A stretch of DNA of 64,000 nt from Candidatus Bathyarchaeota archaeon (GTDB lineage Archaea > Thermoproteota > Bathyarchaeia > TCS64): assembly GCA_016783455.1 (NCBI GenBank), contig JADHWN010000007.1, positions 10,710-74,709 of the forward strand. Direction: 5' to 3'. The notes under the pieces are model-generated. The model had not been told where the DNA came from. It worked only from the letters and a program-made list of their open reading frames with translations, and did not search any database. The stretch's first letter is position 1, and each line of letters begins with the position of its first letter. The translations under genes and the position numbers were made by a program. Below are positions 19,296 to 28,712 of this stretch, one piece after another.

Positions 19296-20240
19296 ATGAA
19301 TCTCTACGGCCTCAAGGTAATCGACTTCCACTCCCACTTCCCCCGCCAGAGAACCGGGAGGAGCGCCAGCTGGAGGGCGCGCATGGTGGAGCGGTACGGG
19401 GAGCGGAGGACGGACATCATCCTGGAGAACTCCCGCCGGTACAGGGACGATTGGAGGAAGATGTGGGCCTTCGACGAGTACGAGACCGACGTCCACACAG
19501 ACGAGGAGCAGGCCGAACGATGGGTCGCGGACATGGACGCCAAGGGCCTCTCCAGGGTCAACTTCGTGATGGGAGGCGGAAACGACAACCTCTCGAAGAT
19601 CGTGTCCTGGTACCCGGACCGCTTCACGGGCTTCGCCCACCACAGCGTCTGGGACGAGGACGCAGCGGAGGAGCTCGAGAGGGCGGTGAATGAGCTGGGC
19701 CTCAAGGGCTTCAAGATGATCGCGTCCAGCCAGCAGAGGCCCATCGACGACAAGGCCGCCTACCCGGTCTGGGAGATGGCCGAGAACCTTGAGGTGCCCG
19801 TGCTCATCCACTTCGGCGTCCTCGGGGGCGGCGGCGGTCCCGCGTACGACCTCAGGAACATGAACCCATTGACGCTGTGGAAGGTCTGCAGCGACTTCCC
19901 CACCCTCAACTTCGTCATCCCCCACTTCGGCGCCTGCTACTGGAGGGAGCTCCTCCAGCTCTGCTGGCAGTGCCCCAGCGTCCACGTCGACACATCGGGC
20001 TCCAACCAGTGGATGAGGTGGATGCCCTACGAGCTCACCATGAAGGACCTATTCAGGAAGTCCATGGAGACCATAGGCGCCGAGAGGCTCATCTTCGCAA
20101 CCGACTCCAGCTGGTTCCCCCGGGGGTTCAGCGTCGAGTACCTCAGGGAGCAGCTCAGGGTCTGTTACGACATGGGCCTCGACGAAGAGAGCATTGGGAA
20201 GATCTTCTACGACAACGCCGCTAGGCTGCTGAAGCTCTAG
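19296..20240 (+). CDS. Amidohydrolase-2 (ACMSD-like) family metal hydrolase
   Basis: 'VIDFHSHF' N-terminal metal motif, 'IHFG', 'FATDSSWFP'. Confidence 0.7.
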   Translation: MNLYGLKVIDFHSHFPRQRTGRSASWRARMVERYGERRTDIILENSRRYRDDWRKMWAFDEYETDVHTDEEQAERWVADMDAKGLSRVNFVMGGGNDNLSKIVSWYPDRFTGFAHHSVWDEDAAEELERAVNELGLKGFKMIASSQQRPIDDKAAYPVWEMAENLEVPVLIHFGVLGGGGGPAYDLRNMNPLTLWKVCSDFPTLNFVIPHFGACYWRELLQLCWQCPSVHVDTSGSNQWMRWMPYELTMKDLFRKSMETIGAERLIFATDSSWFPRGFSVEYLREQLRVCYDMGLDEESIGKIFYDNAARLLKL

Positions 20241-20301
20241 ACCCTTCACAAGGGTTTTTATCCCCCTCTAAAAAGAATAAGCCAGTCATACTGCTCATAT
20301 T

Positions 20302-22059
20302 GTGGTCGACATGGCTCAGGAAGACGTTCTACGACCCGCCCACGAGCTCTACACAAGCCACGTGGAGAAAGGTGCCCGAGGTGGTCTTGCAGAGGAGCTG
20401 TGGGGGCGTATCCCCACCACCATGGGGGAGGCGTACGGCCTCCTCAAGGGGGTAAAGGCGGGGTACGGTGAGGCCTCCGACTCCCTCGAGGAGCTGAAGG
20501 GGGCGATGAAGTCCAACCTTCGCAGATTAGGGATCCTGACCTCGTCTGTCTCCGAGAACATCGACCGCCTCGAAAACGGGGTCGTGGAGACGGGGCAGCA
20601 GCCTAACGCCATCGGAGGCCCGAGCCTAGTCCTGAACAAGATAGCTTACGCCAAGAGCCTGAGCGGCATGGGGGAGGAGGGCTATGTGCCCCTGTTCTAC
20701 ATGGCTGACTATGACGGTGTCCAGCCTGAGCTCACCAACACCCGTGTGCCCAGCCCCTCCTCGCGAGGCGTCCTCATCAGCTACCCCACGTCCCCCGAGC
20801 AGGAGGGGGTGCCCATCCACGAGATACCCAACCCATCTGAGGCCTGGTTGAATCAGACACTGGATAAGCTTACGAGCAACTACCGGGGTCTCCTCAATGG
20901 CGCTGACAGCCGGCTGAGGGAGCGGGCCCTGATGAACCTCGACCACGCGATAACGGTTCTGAAGAGCGCCTTCCACTCCACGGAGAACGTCTCAGACTGG
21001 TCTACAAAGGTGATAGGCTCCATCGTCAACCTTGAGGCCGACCTGGGAGTCCCGATCCTCAGCCACTCCATGCCGGGGACGCGCCACATCTTCCAGCAGG
21101 GATACGAGGTTCTTCTCACCGATTCGAATCGTGAAACGTTCATCGAGGTCTCTAACCGGGCGGCTGAGAAGGTGGAGGCGTCGGGTCATAGACCCGGGAT
21201 CGGCCTCAGGGACCCGGACTACGTCCCGTTCTTCTACGAGTGCCAGACGCCCGGATGCCAGAGGCGCCGGGTGGAGCTAGGCTACCGCCGCGACACGGGC
21301 TCTACCACGGCCAGCGTTGGGGGCAAGTGCCCAAAGTGCGGCGCAGTCTACGAGTTCTCGTTCAACGCGAGCACCCCCGACCTGTCCGACATCGTAGGAA
21401 GTATCTCCCCGAGGGTCGACTCCCGCCAGATAATCATGGACTCCGTCCTCCCGATACTGGCCCACGTCGGGGGACCCGGGGAGACGAACTACTACTCTGA
21501 GGTGATCCCGGCTGCCAAGGCCGTCGGCCTCCCCTTTCCGGTCTTCCTCCGGTACACACGCCTCTTCTACAACACACCGTGGAACGAGGGGTACGCCAAG
21601 GAACTGAAGTGGCTAGGATATCGCAGCCTGGCGGATGAGAGGCTGTTCAGCGCTCTCAGCGGCTGGGTGCAGGCTCGGAACCAGGGTGATACGGAGGGGT
21701 TGAAGAAGGCCCATGTGGCGATCAGGTCCTGCGTTGAGTCGACGGACCGGGAGCTCAGGGAGATACTGGAAGGCCTGAACGCGGAGATCGAGGGGATAAA
21801 GCGTAAGCTAAGCTCCTCGGAGGATAGGGGGGCCCTCATCGCGGAGATGAGAGGGAAGCAGGCGATGGTCCAGAAAGTCGAGGTCTACCTCTCCTCGGCC
21901 CTGGGGCGGTTCAGTCCGGAGAGGTTCGGTCAGGAGGTGAGCTGGGCATGGTTGGATGTCGCGGTGGTCTCGGGGATGGGGGACCTAATGGGGGTCTTCA
22001 TGCGCCAGTACAGCGAGAACACTCCCAACTCGTCGATGTTCTACGCGAACCTAGGCTGA
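20302..22059 (+). CDS. bshC: BshC-like putative cysteine ligase with an inserted CxxC...CxxC zinc ribbon
   Basis: 'ETGQQPNAIGGPSLVLNKI' and 'HVGGPGETNYYSE' match remembered BshC motifs. Cys pairs at aa 314/319 and 343/346. Confidence 0.65.
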   Translation: MVDMAQEDVLRPAHELYTSHVEKGARGGLAEELWGRIPTTMGEAYGLLKGVKAGYGEASDSLEELKGAMKSNLRRLGILTSSVSENIDRLENGVVETGQQPNAIGGPSLVLNKIAYAKSLSGMGEEGYVPLFYMADYDGVQPELTNTRVPSPSSRGVLISYPTSPEQEGVPIHEIPNPSEAWLNQTLDKLTSNYRGLLNGADSRLRERALMNLDHAITVLKSAFHSTENVSDWSTKVIGSIVNLEADLGVPILSHSMPGTRHIFQQGYEVLLTDSNRETFIEVSNRAAEKVEASGHRPGIGLRDPDYVPFFYECQTPGCQRRRVELGYRRDTGSTTASVGGKCPKCGAVYEFSFNASTPDLSDIVGSISPRVDSRQIIMDSVLPILAHVGGPGETNYYSEVIPAAKAVGLPFPVFLRYTRLFYNTPWNEGYAKELKWLGYRSLADERLFSALSGWVQARNQGDTEGLKKAHVAIRSCVESTDRELREILEGLNAEIEGIKRKLSSSEDRGALIAEMRGKQAMVQKVEVYLSSALGRFSPERFGQEVSWAWLDVAVVSGMGDLMGVFMRQYSENTPNSSMFYANLG

Positions 22060-23199
22060 CGTGATCTCCTCGTAGACCTCGATATACTGGCCCACGATCT
22101 TGTCGATGGTGTACCTCTCCATGACCGTCTCCCGGGCCGCGTCTCCCAGTCTCTTCCTTAGCCCCGGGTCGGCGTTGAGCTCCAGGATCCTCTCGGCAAT
22201 TGCCTCCGGGTGCTTCAGGGGGACGAGGAAGCCGTTGACGCCGTCGTCGACTATCTCGGGGATCCCCCCGACCTCCGTGGCGACGACGGGTAGTCCGCAG
22301 CTCATGCCCTCCAGGAGGGTGAGGGGGGTGCTCTCCGTTTCCGAGCAGAGGACGACGATATCGGCGCATCCCAGAAGATGGGGGACGTCGCTCCTGTATC
22401 CCGTGAAGAGGACGTGCCTGTTGAGGTCCAACTGGTCCACGAGCTTCTCGATCTTGTGCCTTTCGGGGCCGTCACCAACGAGGACGAGGCGTGCCTCCGG
22501 GGCCTTCTTGGTGACGATGCTCATTGCGTAGACGAGGTCCCCTATCCTCTTCACCGGCCTGAAGTTGGAGATGTGGGTGACCACGACGTCCCTGCCCTTA
22601 ATGACCTCGGGGTCCTCGCATGGGGCGGGGAAGAACCTATCGGAGTCCACGAAGTTGGATATTACCTTGATCTCCCGTGAGATCCCCAGGCTCTCATGGG
22701 CCTCCTTAGCGATGAAGTTTGAGACAGCTGTGACCGCGTCGGCCCTCTCCAGGGAGAGGGTGTTGACGGGCATGTAGGAGGCGTCGCTCCCCAGGATGGT
22801 GACGTCGGAGCCGTGGAGCGTTGCGACGTAGGGCTTCCCCGTGAGCTCCCGGGCGAGGAATGCGGCCGTCGAGTGGGGGAGGGCGTAGTGGACGTGGAGG
22901 AGGTCCAGGTCCTGCTGCTCGGTGATCCTGAACATCTCGGAGCCGAGGGCGACGGTGTAGGGCGGGTACTTGAACAGGGGGTACTCGACGACGGAGACGA
23001 GGTGGACATACACGTTCTCGTAGTCCTGATCCTGGATAGCGACCGGGCGCTCGTAGGTGATGAAGTGTGTCTCGTGCCCCCTCTTCGCCAGCTCCACACC
23101 GAGGCGGGTGGCTAATATGCCGCTTCCTCCCACGGTAGGGTAGCAGGTTATCCCTATCTTCATACTGTGTCCTCTCTCCCGTTCTAAGATGTGTTTCAT
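22051..23199 (-). CDS. bshA: GT4 glycosyltransferase, BshA-like (N-acetylglucosaminyl-malate synthase)
   Basis: 'MKIGITCYPTVGGSGILATRLGVELAKRGHETHFIT' closely parallels the Bacillus BshA N-terminus. Confidence 0.8.
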   Translation of the reverse strand: MKHILERERGHSMKIGITCYPTVGGSGILATRLGVELAKRGHETHFITYERPVAIQDQDYENVYVHLVSVVEYPLFKYPPYTVALGSEMFRITEQQDLDLLHVHYALPHSTAAFLARELTGKPYVATLHGSDVTILGSDASYMPVNTLSLERADAVTAVSNFIAKEAHESLGISREIKVISNFVDSDRFFPAPCEDPEVIKGRDVVVTHISNFRPVKRIGDLVYAMSIVTKKAPEARLVLVGDGPERHKIEKLVDQLDLNRHVLFTGYRSDVPHLLGCADIVVLCSETESTPLTLLEGMSCGLPVVATEVGGIPEIVDDGVNGFLVPLKHPEAIAERILELNADPGLRKRLGDAARETVMERYTIDKIVGQYIEVYEEITSA

Positions 23200-23237
23200 G
23201 AGAGAACGGCTAAATAAAAACGGTGAGTATAGATGTG

Positions 23238-23711
23238 CTATGTGCCCTTCATCCGTTTCTCGACGCCGAGGATGGCTGCGATCTGCCCTTCGTGGTGGAT
23301 GATCTCCGAGATCATGCCCATGAGGGCTGCCTCGCGCTTCCTCTTGCCCCTGAAGTACTCGATCTCCTCTTCGAGTTTACTGTCGTCGAGTTTGTCGAGG
23401 CCTTTCAGGAGCTTCTCCTGGCCAGACTTTACGTCCCCCATGATCTTCTCCAGCGTGTAGCTCGTGTTGCCGGAGTAGTCGTCCGGCCAGCCCTCGGGCT
23501 TGTAGCTCCAGTCGCCCTTGATGATCCGAGGGAGGTAGATGTGCATCTCCTGTGAGACGTGGGTCAGGATATTTCTGATGGTGTTGGCCTCGGAGCATGA
23601 CTTCCAGTCGAGCTGCTCCGGGGTGAGGTCCTTGGTGGCCCTCTCCAGACGGCTCAGCCCTACCTGTGTGAACGCTTTAATGGTCTCTACTTTTTCGGAC
23701 ATGTTTTTCAC
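23238..23711 (-). CDS. DinB/YfiT-like superfamily protein (candidate thiol S-transferase)
   Basis: 157 aa, four-helix DinB pattern with His residues (ILTHV...IIHHEGQI). Confidence 0.7.
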   Translation of the reverse strand: MKNMSEKVETIKAFTQVGLSRLERATKDLTPEQLDWKSCSEANTIRNILTHVSQEMHIYLPRIIKGDWSYKPEGWPDDYSGNTSYTLEKIMGDVKSGQEKLLKGLDKLDDSKLEEEIEYFRGKRKREAALMGMISEIIHHEGQIAAILGVEKRMKGT

Positions 23712-23796
23712 CTTAGAACTGTGTGTTGGGATGAGGTCTGATTGCTTTTATGTCTAGCGGTGGGTTAGCTGGTAATATATAAAAAAGGGGGGAGGT

Positions 23797-24261
23797 TTAC
23801 TCCTTCTCCTTGAGGCGCTTCATGGTACCCTTGAGGTAGGCGATCTGGCCCCTGTGGTGGACGAGCTCCCCGAGGTACGCGAAGATCCCAGTTTTCCTCT
23901 TCTCGGTCCCCCTCCAGAGGGGTATCTCCTCCTCCAGCTGCTCCGACGTGAGGTTGCCGATGCCCTTCAGGACGACCTCCTTCGAGGCGTCGATGTCCTT
24001 GAGCATCTTCTCTACTGTGTAGTCCTTGTTCCTGTAGTCGTCGGGCCAGTCCGCGGGCGTGTACTCCTGGTTTCCCTTGATGATGCGTGGGATGCTGACG
24101 TTGGCGATCCTTGACATGTGGTTGAGGGTCCACGCGACGCTGTTGGATTCCTCCGTGGGCTTCCACTTGGCGTCCTCCTCGGTGATGCCTTCAACTGTGC
24201 GGCTTATCGATCCGAAGATGTACTCTGCCTGGTCCTTCAGGATTGAACCTTTCTCCGACAT
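23797..24261 (-). CDS. DinB/YfiT-like superfamily protein, paralog of 23238..23711
   Basis: 154 aa; shares 'PRIIKG..W..P.GWPDDY' and 'HH.GQIA' with its neighbour. Confidence 0.7.
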   Translation of the reverse strand: MSEKGSILKDQAEYIFGSISRTVEGITEEDAKWKPTEESNSVAWTLNHMSRIANVSIPRIIKGNQEYTPADWPDDYRNKDYTVEKMLKDIDASKEVVLKGIGNLTSEQLEEEIPLWRGTEKRKTGIFAYLGELVHHRGQIAYLKGTMKRLKEKE

Positions 24262-24432
24262 TCTTTCACCGATAACTGAACCGCAGCGGGAGTTATTATA
24301 TTATTCACTATGGGAGCCCTCCCCCCTCTCGCTGGGCATCCACCCGTTTTTCCAAATCCCCAACTCTCATCGCCCATCGTAAAACCCTTATTCCCCCCGC
24401 TCGTGTATCTTCAGTAATATCTTGGTGATTCT

Positions 24433-25626
24433 ATGGGGGACACATCTGATCCATACGAGAAATTCGGTTTGAGGCGTGTCATCAACGCCTCGACAAGCAT
24501 GACCCGCCTGGGGGGCTCCATGCCCAAGCCGGAGGTGTTCAGGGCGATGGAGGAGGCGTCGAGGGCGTTCATCAGGATACCTGAGCTCCAGGTCTGGGCC
24601 GGGAGGAGGATAGCCGAGGCCTTCGGCGTGGAGGCCGGACTTCCCACGGCCGGGGGGTCCAATGGTATCACGCTGGCGGCAGCGGCGTGCATCATGAGGG
24701 GTACCGAGCTTGAGGGCTACGATCCCCTGGAGCCCCAGACGTGGATTCCAGTCGCGCAGAGGCTCCCTATGCACACGGAGGGGCTCAAGACGGAGTTCGT
24801 CATCCAGCGGAGCACCCGGAGCGAATACGACCACGCCATCGAGTGCGCAGGGGGGACCCTCGTCGAGGTGGGCTCGGAGAAGGGGGCGACGCCAGAGGAG
24901 CTGAGAGAGGCCTTCAACCCCGAGAGGACCGCCGCCTACCACTACACCGTCACTGCCTCAAAGAACAGGCTTCCCGTGGAGGACGTGGCCCGTATAGCCC
25001 ACGAGAGGGGCGTCCCCGTCACCGTCGACGCCGCACCCCACCTCACCCACAGGGGAGTTCCAAAAGCTCTCCTTGAGATGGGTGCCGATCTAGTCTCCTT
25101 CAGCGGTGGGAAGCACCTCGGTGGGCTCAACAACACGGGCATCCTCGTGGGCAGGAAGGACCTTGTGAAGCTCGCGCACCTCCAGTCCTACCCCTTCGAC
25201 GGCGTCGGCAGGGGGGCCAAGATGAGCAGGGAGGTGATCGTGGGGCTGATAAAGGCCGTCGAGCTGTTCGTGGGGAGGGATGACGGGGCGTTCTACGGAG
25301 CCCTGGAGAAGGTGTCGTTCGAGCTCTCAAGGAGGCTGGGTGAGATTCAGGGCGTAAGCTCCGGAGTCGTCTACGAGCCTGCTGCGATTGAGGGTGTCCT
25401 GGGTCCGTCCTACGCTTACATTACTTTGGATGAGGGAGCCAGCATCTCCCTCAGGGAGCTCCACAGGAAGCTTCGGGAGGGGGAGCCCGCCATAGAGGCG
25501 CTCTATGAGCCCTTCTTCATAACCCCGGAAGCGGCTGGGAAGATCACCATCAAGGCCGAGTATCTCCTTGAGGGGGACGACGAGATAATCCTCGATCGTG
25601 TGGCACAAATTGTCGGAGAAAAATAG
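24433..25626 (+). CDS. SelA-like PLP-dependent enzyme (MJ0158/DgaE-like)
   Basis: 'FSGGKHLGG' PLP-lysine context and 'RVINASTSMTRLGGS' N-terminus. Confidence 0.65.
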   Translation: MGDTSDPYEKFGLRRVINASTSMTRLGGSMPKPEVFRAMEEASRAFIRIPELQVWAGRRIAEAFGVEAGLPTAGGSNGITLAAAACIMRGTELEGYDPLEPQTWIPVAQRLPMHTEGLKTEFVIQRSTRSEYDHAIECAGGTLVEVGSEKGATPEELREAFNPERTAAYHYTVTASKNRLPVEDVARIAHERGVPVTVDAAPHLTHRGVPKALLEMGADLVSFSGGKHLGGLNNTGILVGRKDLVKLAHLQSYPFDGVGRGAKMSREVIVGLIKAVELFVGRDDGAFYGALEKVSFELSRRLGEIQGVSSGVVYEPAAIEGVLGPSYAYITLDEGASISLRELHRKLREGEPAIEALYEPFFITPEAAGKITIKAEYLLEGDDEIILDRVAQIVGEK

Positions 25627-25798
25627 TGTCAGTTTGTAGTATCATTTTAATCTTCGTCCGCTGACCTGGTTGAAGATCTTGATCAGGTTCCCGCTTTTCA
25701 ACAGTTAAGGGAAGAGATCCTCGCCCTGCGTGCGCACTCAGAAGAGGGGGGAGCCGTCGGAAAGAGATAAAATACACTCCATGAATTTTCTATAGGAA

Positions 25799-26089
25799 GT
25801 GTCACTTGAAAAAATACACCTCGAAATATTACAGTTGTTAATTGATAACATACCCAAAGATTTCTCCGACGCGGGTGACATCTCACGCAAGATTCTGTTC
25901 AAATCTGTGAATTACAAGCCAAAGCAGATCGAGAAGGCATGCGAAGAACTCGAATCCAGAGGATTCGTACAATTTCATGCTGGATTCTTCAAGAAAGACT
26001 GGTCATCCATCTCGATCACTGACGAGGGAATAGACATCATGGAACCAGAGAATGACTGGGACCAGGACCCAGAATCCAGCCCGGAATAA
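25799..26089 (+). CDS. Small winged-helix-like protein in a low-GC islet
   Basis: 96 aa, 'LEILQLLIDN...ESRGFVQF' wHTH-like pattern, GTG start, AT-rich codons. Confidence 0.35.
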   Translation: MSLEKIHLEILQLLIDNIPKDFSDAGDISRKILFKSVNYKPKQIEKACEELESRGFVQFHAGFFKKDWSSISITDEGIDIMEPENDWDQDPESSPE

Positions 26090-26107
26090 GTGGCCAAGTA
26101 GTCTCAA

Positions 26108-26183
26108 TTTAGCGGGTTTGTGACGCTATGCTGTGCGTGTATAGTAGGGGGTGTGCTGGCTCGGGGTGCATCTGGGTGGGTTC
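26108..26183 (-). repeat. C/A-rich element copy S3 (inverted; G/T-rich on the plus strand)
   Basis: The reverse complement shares the GAACCC.CC, CACACCCCCT and CACAAACCCGCTAAA blocks with S1 and S2. Confidence 0.5.
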
Positions 26184-26210
26184 AAGAAAAAGATGGAAGG
26201 TTCTCTGGCA

Positions 26211-26500
26211 TTATTTCTTTGTTTCCATGTACTGTTTCTCGAACGTCCTAGCGTCTAACAGAGGTATTACCTCGTACCTTGCCTCTGGCAACATGAACGT
26301 AATCTTGTTTGCATTTTCTCTTGATCGTCTGTTTCCCAGATCGCCATGTACTTGTCCTTATCCAACATGAAATGGGTGGGAAATATGGTGTCAGGGTATC
26401 TTTCAGGATGCTTCGCCTTATCTTCGAGGTATGCTTTTCCCTTCTTGAAGATCGCATCCATGTTATCTGGATTGTATTCACCTACAACTAGATACTTCAT
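26211..26500 (-). pseudogene. DUF3303-like small protein with a frameshift at an A4 run
   Basis: MKYLVVGEYNP...WETDDQEK continues in another frame as NANKITFMLPEARYEVIPLLDARTFEKQYMETKK*. One extra A near 26312-26316 would fuse the two. A GAGGTGAGAGG SD-like sequence precedes the ATG. Confidence 0.5.
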
Positions 26501-26664
26501 CCTCTCACCTCAGGAACTAAGCTTCCACAAGACAGAACCTTGAATTTCACTGGAACCCATGAATCTATAACGTTTGAGATTACTCTTTTTCCTCTACTTT
26601 TGACCTGACTTCTTGACTCCCCACCTTTGGAGTTATTAAAATTCCTTAGCATTTTTTTAACCGC

Positions 26665-26778
26665 GAAACCCCCGCCCTTCAATGGAAAACAGAAACAACC
26701 ACGACCACAACACACCCCCTTCACACGGAGAACACAAACACCTGAAACCCTTATCACCAGCTACCGACGCGCAAAAAA
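26665..26778 (+). repeat. C/A-rich element copy S1
   Basis: 26718..26778 aligns by eye at about 80% with 58001..58072, ending in the shared 12-mer ACGCGCAAAAAA. Confidence 0.6.
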
Positions 26779-26807
26779 CCCCTATCCCCGGCCACCACTT
26801 GATGGCC

Positions 26808-26826
26808 AAAAAACCGCTATAAGCGG
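26808..26826 (-). terminator. Hairpin plus T6 just 3' of tRNA-Leu
   Basis: Minus strand reads CCGCTtatAGCGG followed by TTTTTT. Confidence 0.5.
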
Positions 26827-26839
26827 CAACAATTATAAC

Positions 26840-26927
26840 TGGTGCGGAGAGTGGGATTCGAACCCACGAACTCCTAAGAGATAGGAACCTCAATCCTACG
26901 CCTTTGACCTAGCTTGGCGACCTCCGC
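26840..26927 (-). tRNA. tRNA-Leu (anticodon GAG), long variable arm, CCA encoded
   Basis: GCGGAGG...TAGGA-TTGAGGT-TCCTA...GTGGGTTCGAATCCCAC-TCTCCGC-A-CCA folds as a class II cloverleaf. Confidence 0.9.
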
Positions 26928-27050
26928 CCAGAAACCATACACCCCCACACCGTTTTTAAGTTTGCCTCTAAGCCTCGACAGCAGTGACCACGGGAGAACT
27001 TTTAACGAGCGAGGACGACAGGAGAAACATCGAATTGAGCCGGTGATGAC

Positions 27051-28436
27051 ATGGGCGCCCAAGGAGCCGATGACAGCGCAGTCCCCCCTGCACGGTCCGA
27101 TGAGACGAGGCGCCCCACCGGCATGAGGGGCTTCACCATCGTCTGGGCGGGCCAGCTCGTCTCCCTCCTGGGCACAGGCATGACCCAGTTCGCCATCACC
27201 ATCTGGGCCTGGCAGACCACCGGCATCGCAACCACCCTCGCCCTCATAGGCTTCTTCACAGCCGTCCCCCAGATCCTGACGAGCCCCCTGGCCGGGGCCA
27301 TAGTGGACAGGTACGACAGGAAGCACGTCATGATCCTGAGCGACCTGGCCGCCGGCCTCGCCACAGCCGCCCTCCTCGTGCTCTACTGGGGCGGCCACCT
27401 CCAGATCTGGCACCTCTACGTAATCAGCGCGTTCTCCGGCGCCTTCGGGGCGTTCCAGTTCCCAGCCTACTCGGCCACCGTCTCCACGATGCTCCCCAAG
27501 GAGCAGTACGGGAGGGCCAGCGGCATGATCGCCCTGGCGGAGGCGGCATCCGGGATCGTCGCCCCCATCTCCGCCGGTATCCTCCTCAGCGTCATGGGGA
27601 TCGGGGGCATCATGGTAATCGACATCCTCACCTTCATCGTGGCCATCGGGGCACTCCTCGTGACATACATCCCCCAGCCCCACCTGGAGGAGACGGCTAA
27701 GGCCGAGAGGGGGAGCATCTGGGAGGACTCGGTCTTCGGGTTCAAGTACATATTCAAGAGGCCGGGGCTCTTGGGCCTCCTCACCGTCTTCCTCCTCATG
27801 AACTTCATCCTGAGCTTCAGCTTCACCCTCTTCGCCCCCATGATCCTGGCGAGGACGGGGGACGACACCTTCATCCTGGGGGCAGTCCAGTCGGCCTTCG
27901 GGGTAGGCGGGATAGTGGGAGGAATCCTAATGAGCGCCTGGGGGGGTCCAAAGAAGAAGATCAACGGAGTCATCTTTGGCATGGCGATCGTCAGCATAAT
28001 CACCAGCTTCTTCGGGATCGGTAGGAACATGACCCTGTGGGCCCCGACGGCCTTCCTGGTCATGGCCTTCCTCCCCATCCTCAACGGCTCTAGCCAGGCC
28101 ATCTGGCAGTCCAAAGTGCCCCCGGAGATGCAGGGCCGGGTATTCGCGACGAGGTCCCTTATCGCCAGGGTGGCCTCCCCCCTCTCCATGGCCATAACAG
28201 GCCCCCTCGCAGACTGGATCTTCGAGCCGGCCATGATGTCGGGGGGGAGCCTTGTCCCCGTCTTCGGGTGGCTAGTGGGAACGGGCCCGGGAGCCGGTAT
28301 AGCGGTCCTCTTCGTGGTGATGGGGGTCTTCGGGTCCATCACGAGCCTGGCGGGGTACTCCTTAAGGTCGATCCGAGATCTCGAGACCCTAATACCCGAC
28401 CACGATGCCACGTCAGGACATGTGGAACCCTCGTAG
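27051..28436 (+). CDS. MFS transporter
   Basis: About 12 TM helices with an 'AGAIVDRYDRK' loop 2-3 motif. The true start may be the ATG at 27123 (MRGFTIVWAGQ). Confidence 0.85.
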   Translation: MGAQGADDSAVPPARSDETRRPTGMRGFTIVWAGQLVSLLGTGMTQFAITIWAWQTTGIATTLALIGFFTAVPQILTSPLAGAIVDRYDRKHVMILSDLAAGLATAALLVLYWGGHLQIWHLYVISAFSGAFGAFQFPAYSATVSTMLPKEQYGRASGMIALAEAASGIVAPISAGILLSVMGIGGIMVIDILTFIVAIGALLVTYIPQPHLEETAKAERGSIWEDSVFGFKYIFKRPGLLGLLTVFLLMNFILSFSFTLFAPMILARTGDDTFILGAVQSAFGVGGIVGGILMSAWGGPKKKINGVIFGMAIVSIITSFFGIGRNMTLWAPTAFLVMAFLPILNGSSQAIWQSKVPPEMQGRVFATRSLIARVASPLSMAITGPLADWIFEPAMMSGGSLVPVFGWLVGTGPGAGIAVLFVVMGVFGSITSLAGYSLRSIRDLETLIPDHDATSGHVEPS

Positions 28437-28640
28437 GATGGGCGGGTCCTCTCTCCAAGGCATAACATCCTGGTGAGGGAGCCTCAAGGGATACGGGCAG
28501 TCTCCGATTTCAATAGGTACGCCATCCACGATGGCCCAGAGATATGCACGACCGTACTCCTGAAAGGATGCCCCCTGGACCGCTCCCGATGCCACGACCC
28601 CGAGGGGAGAAGGTGCAAACCCGAGCATATGTGGTGGGAG

Positions 28641-28712
28641 GGCCGCTGCGGGGAATCGAACCCCGTCCAAGGGATCCACAGTCCCGTATGCTGCCACTAC
28701 ACCACAGCGGCC
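28641..28712 (-). tRNA. tRNA-His (anticodon GUG) with G-1
   Basis: G-GCCGCTG...CTGTGGA loop...CGGGGTTCGATTCCCCG-CAGCGGC-C. No encoded CCA. Confidence 0.85.

Noticed and set aside
26542-26558. Minus-strand GGGTTCCAGTGAAATTC resembles the archaeal ORB/mini-ORB origin motif (GTTCCAGTGGAAAC).
   Set aside because: It is a single imperfect copy. There is no inverted partner, no AT-rich unwinding element with multiple ORBs, and no orc1/cdc6 gene in the window.
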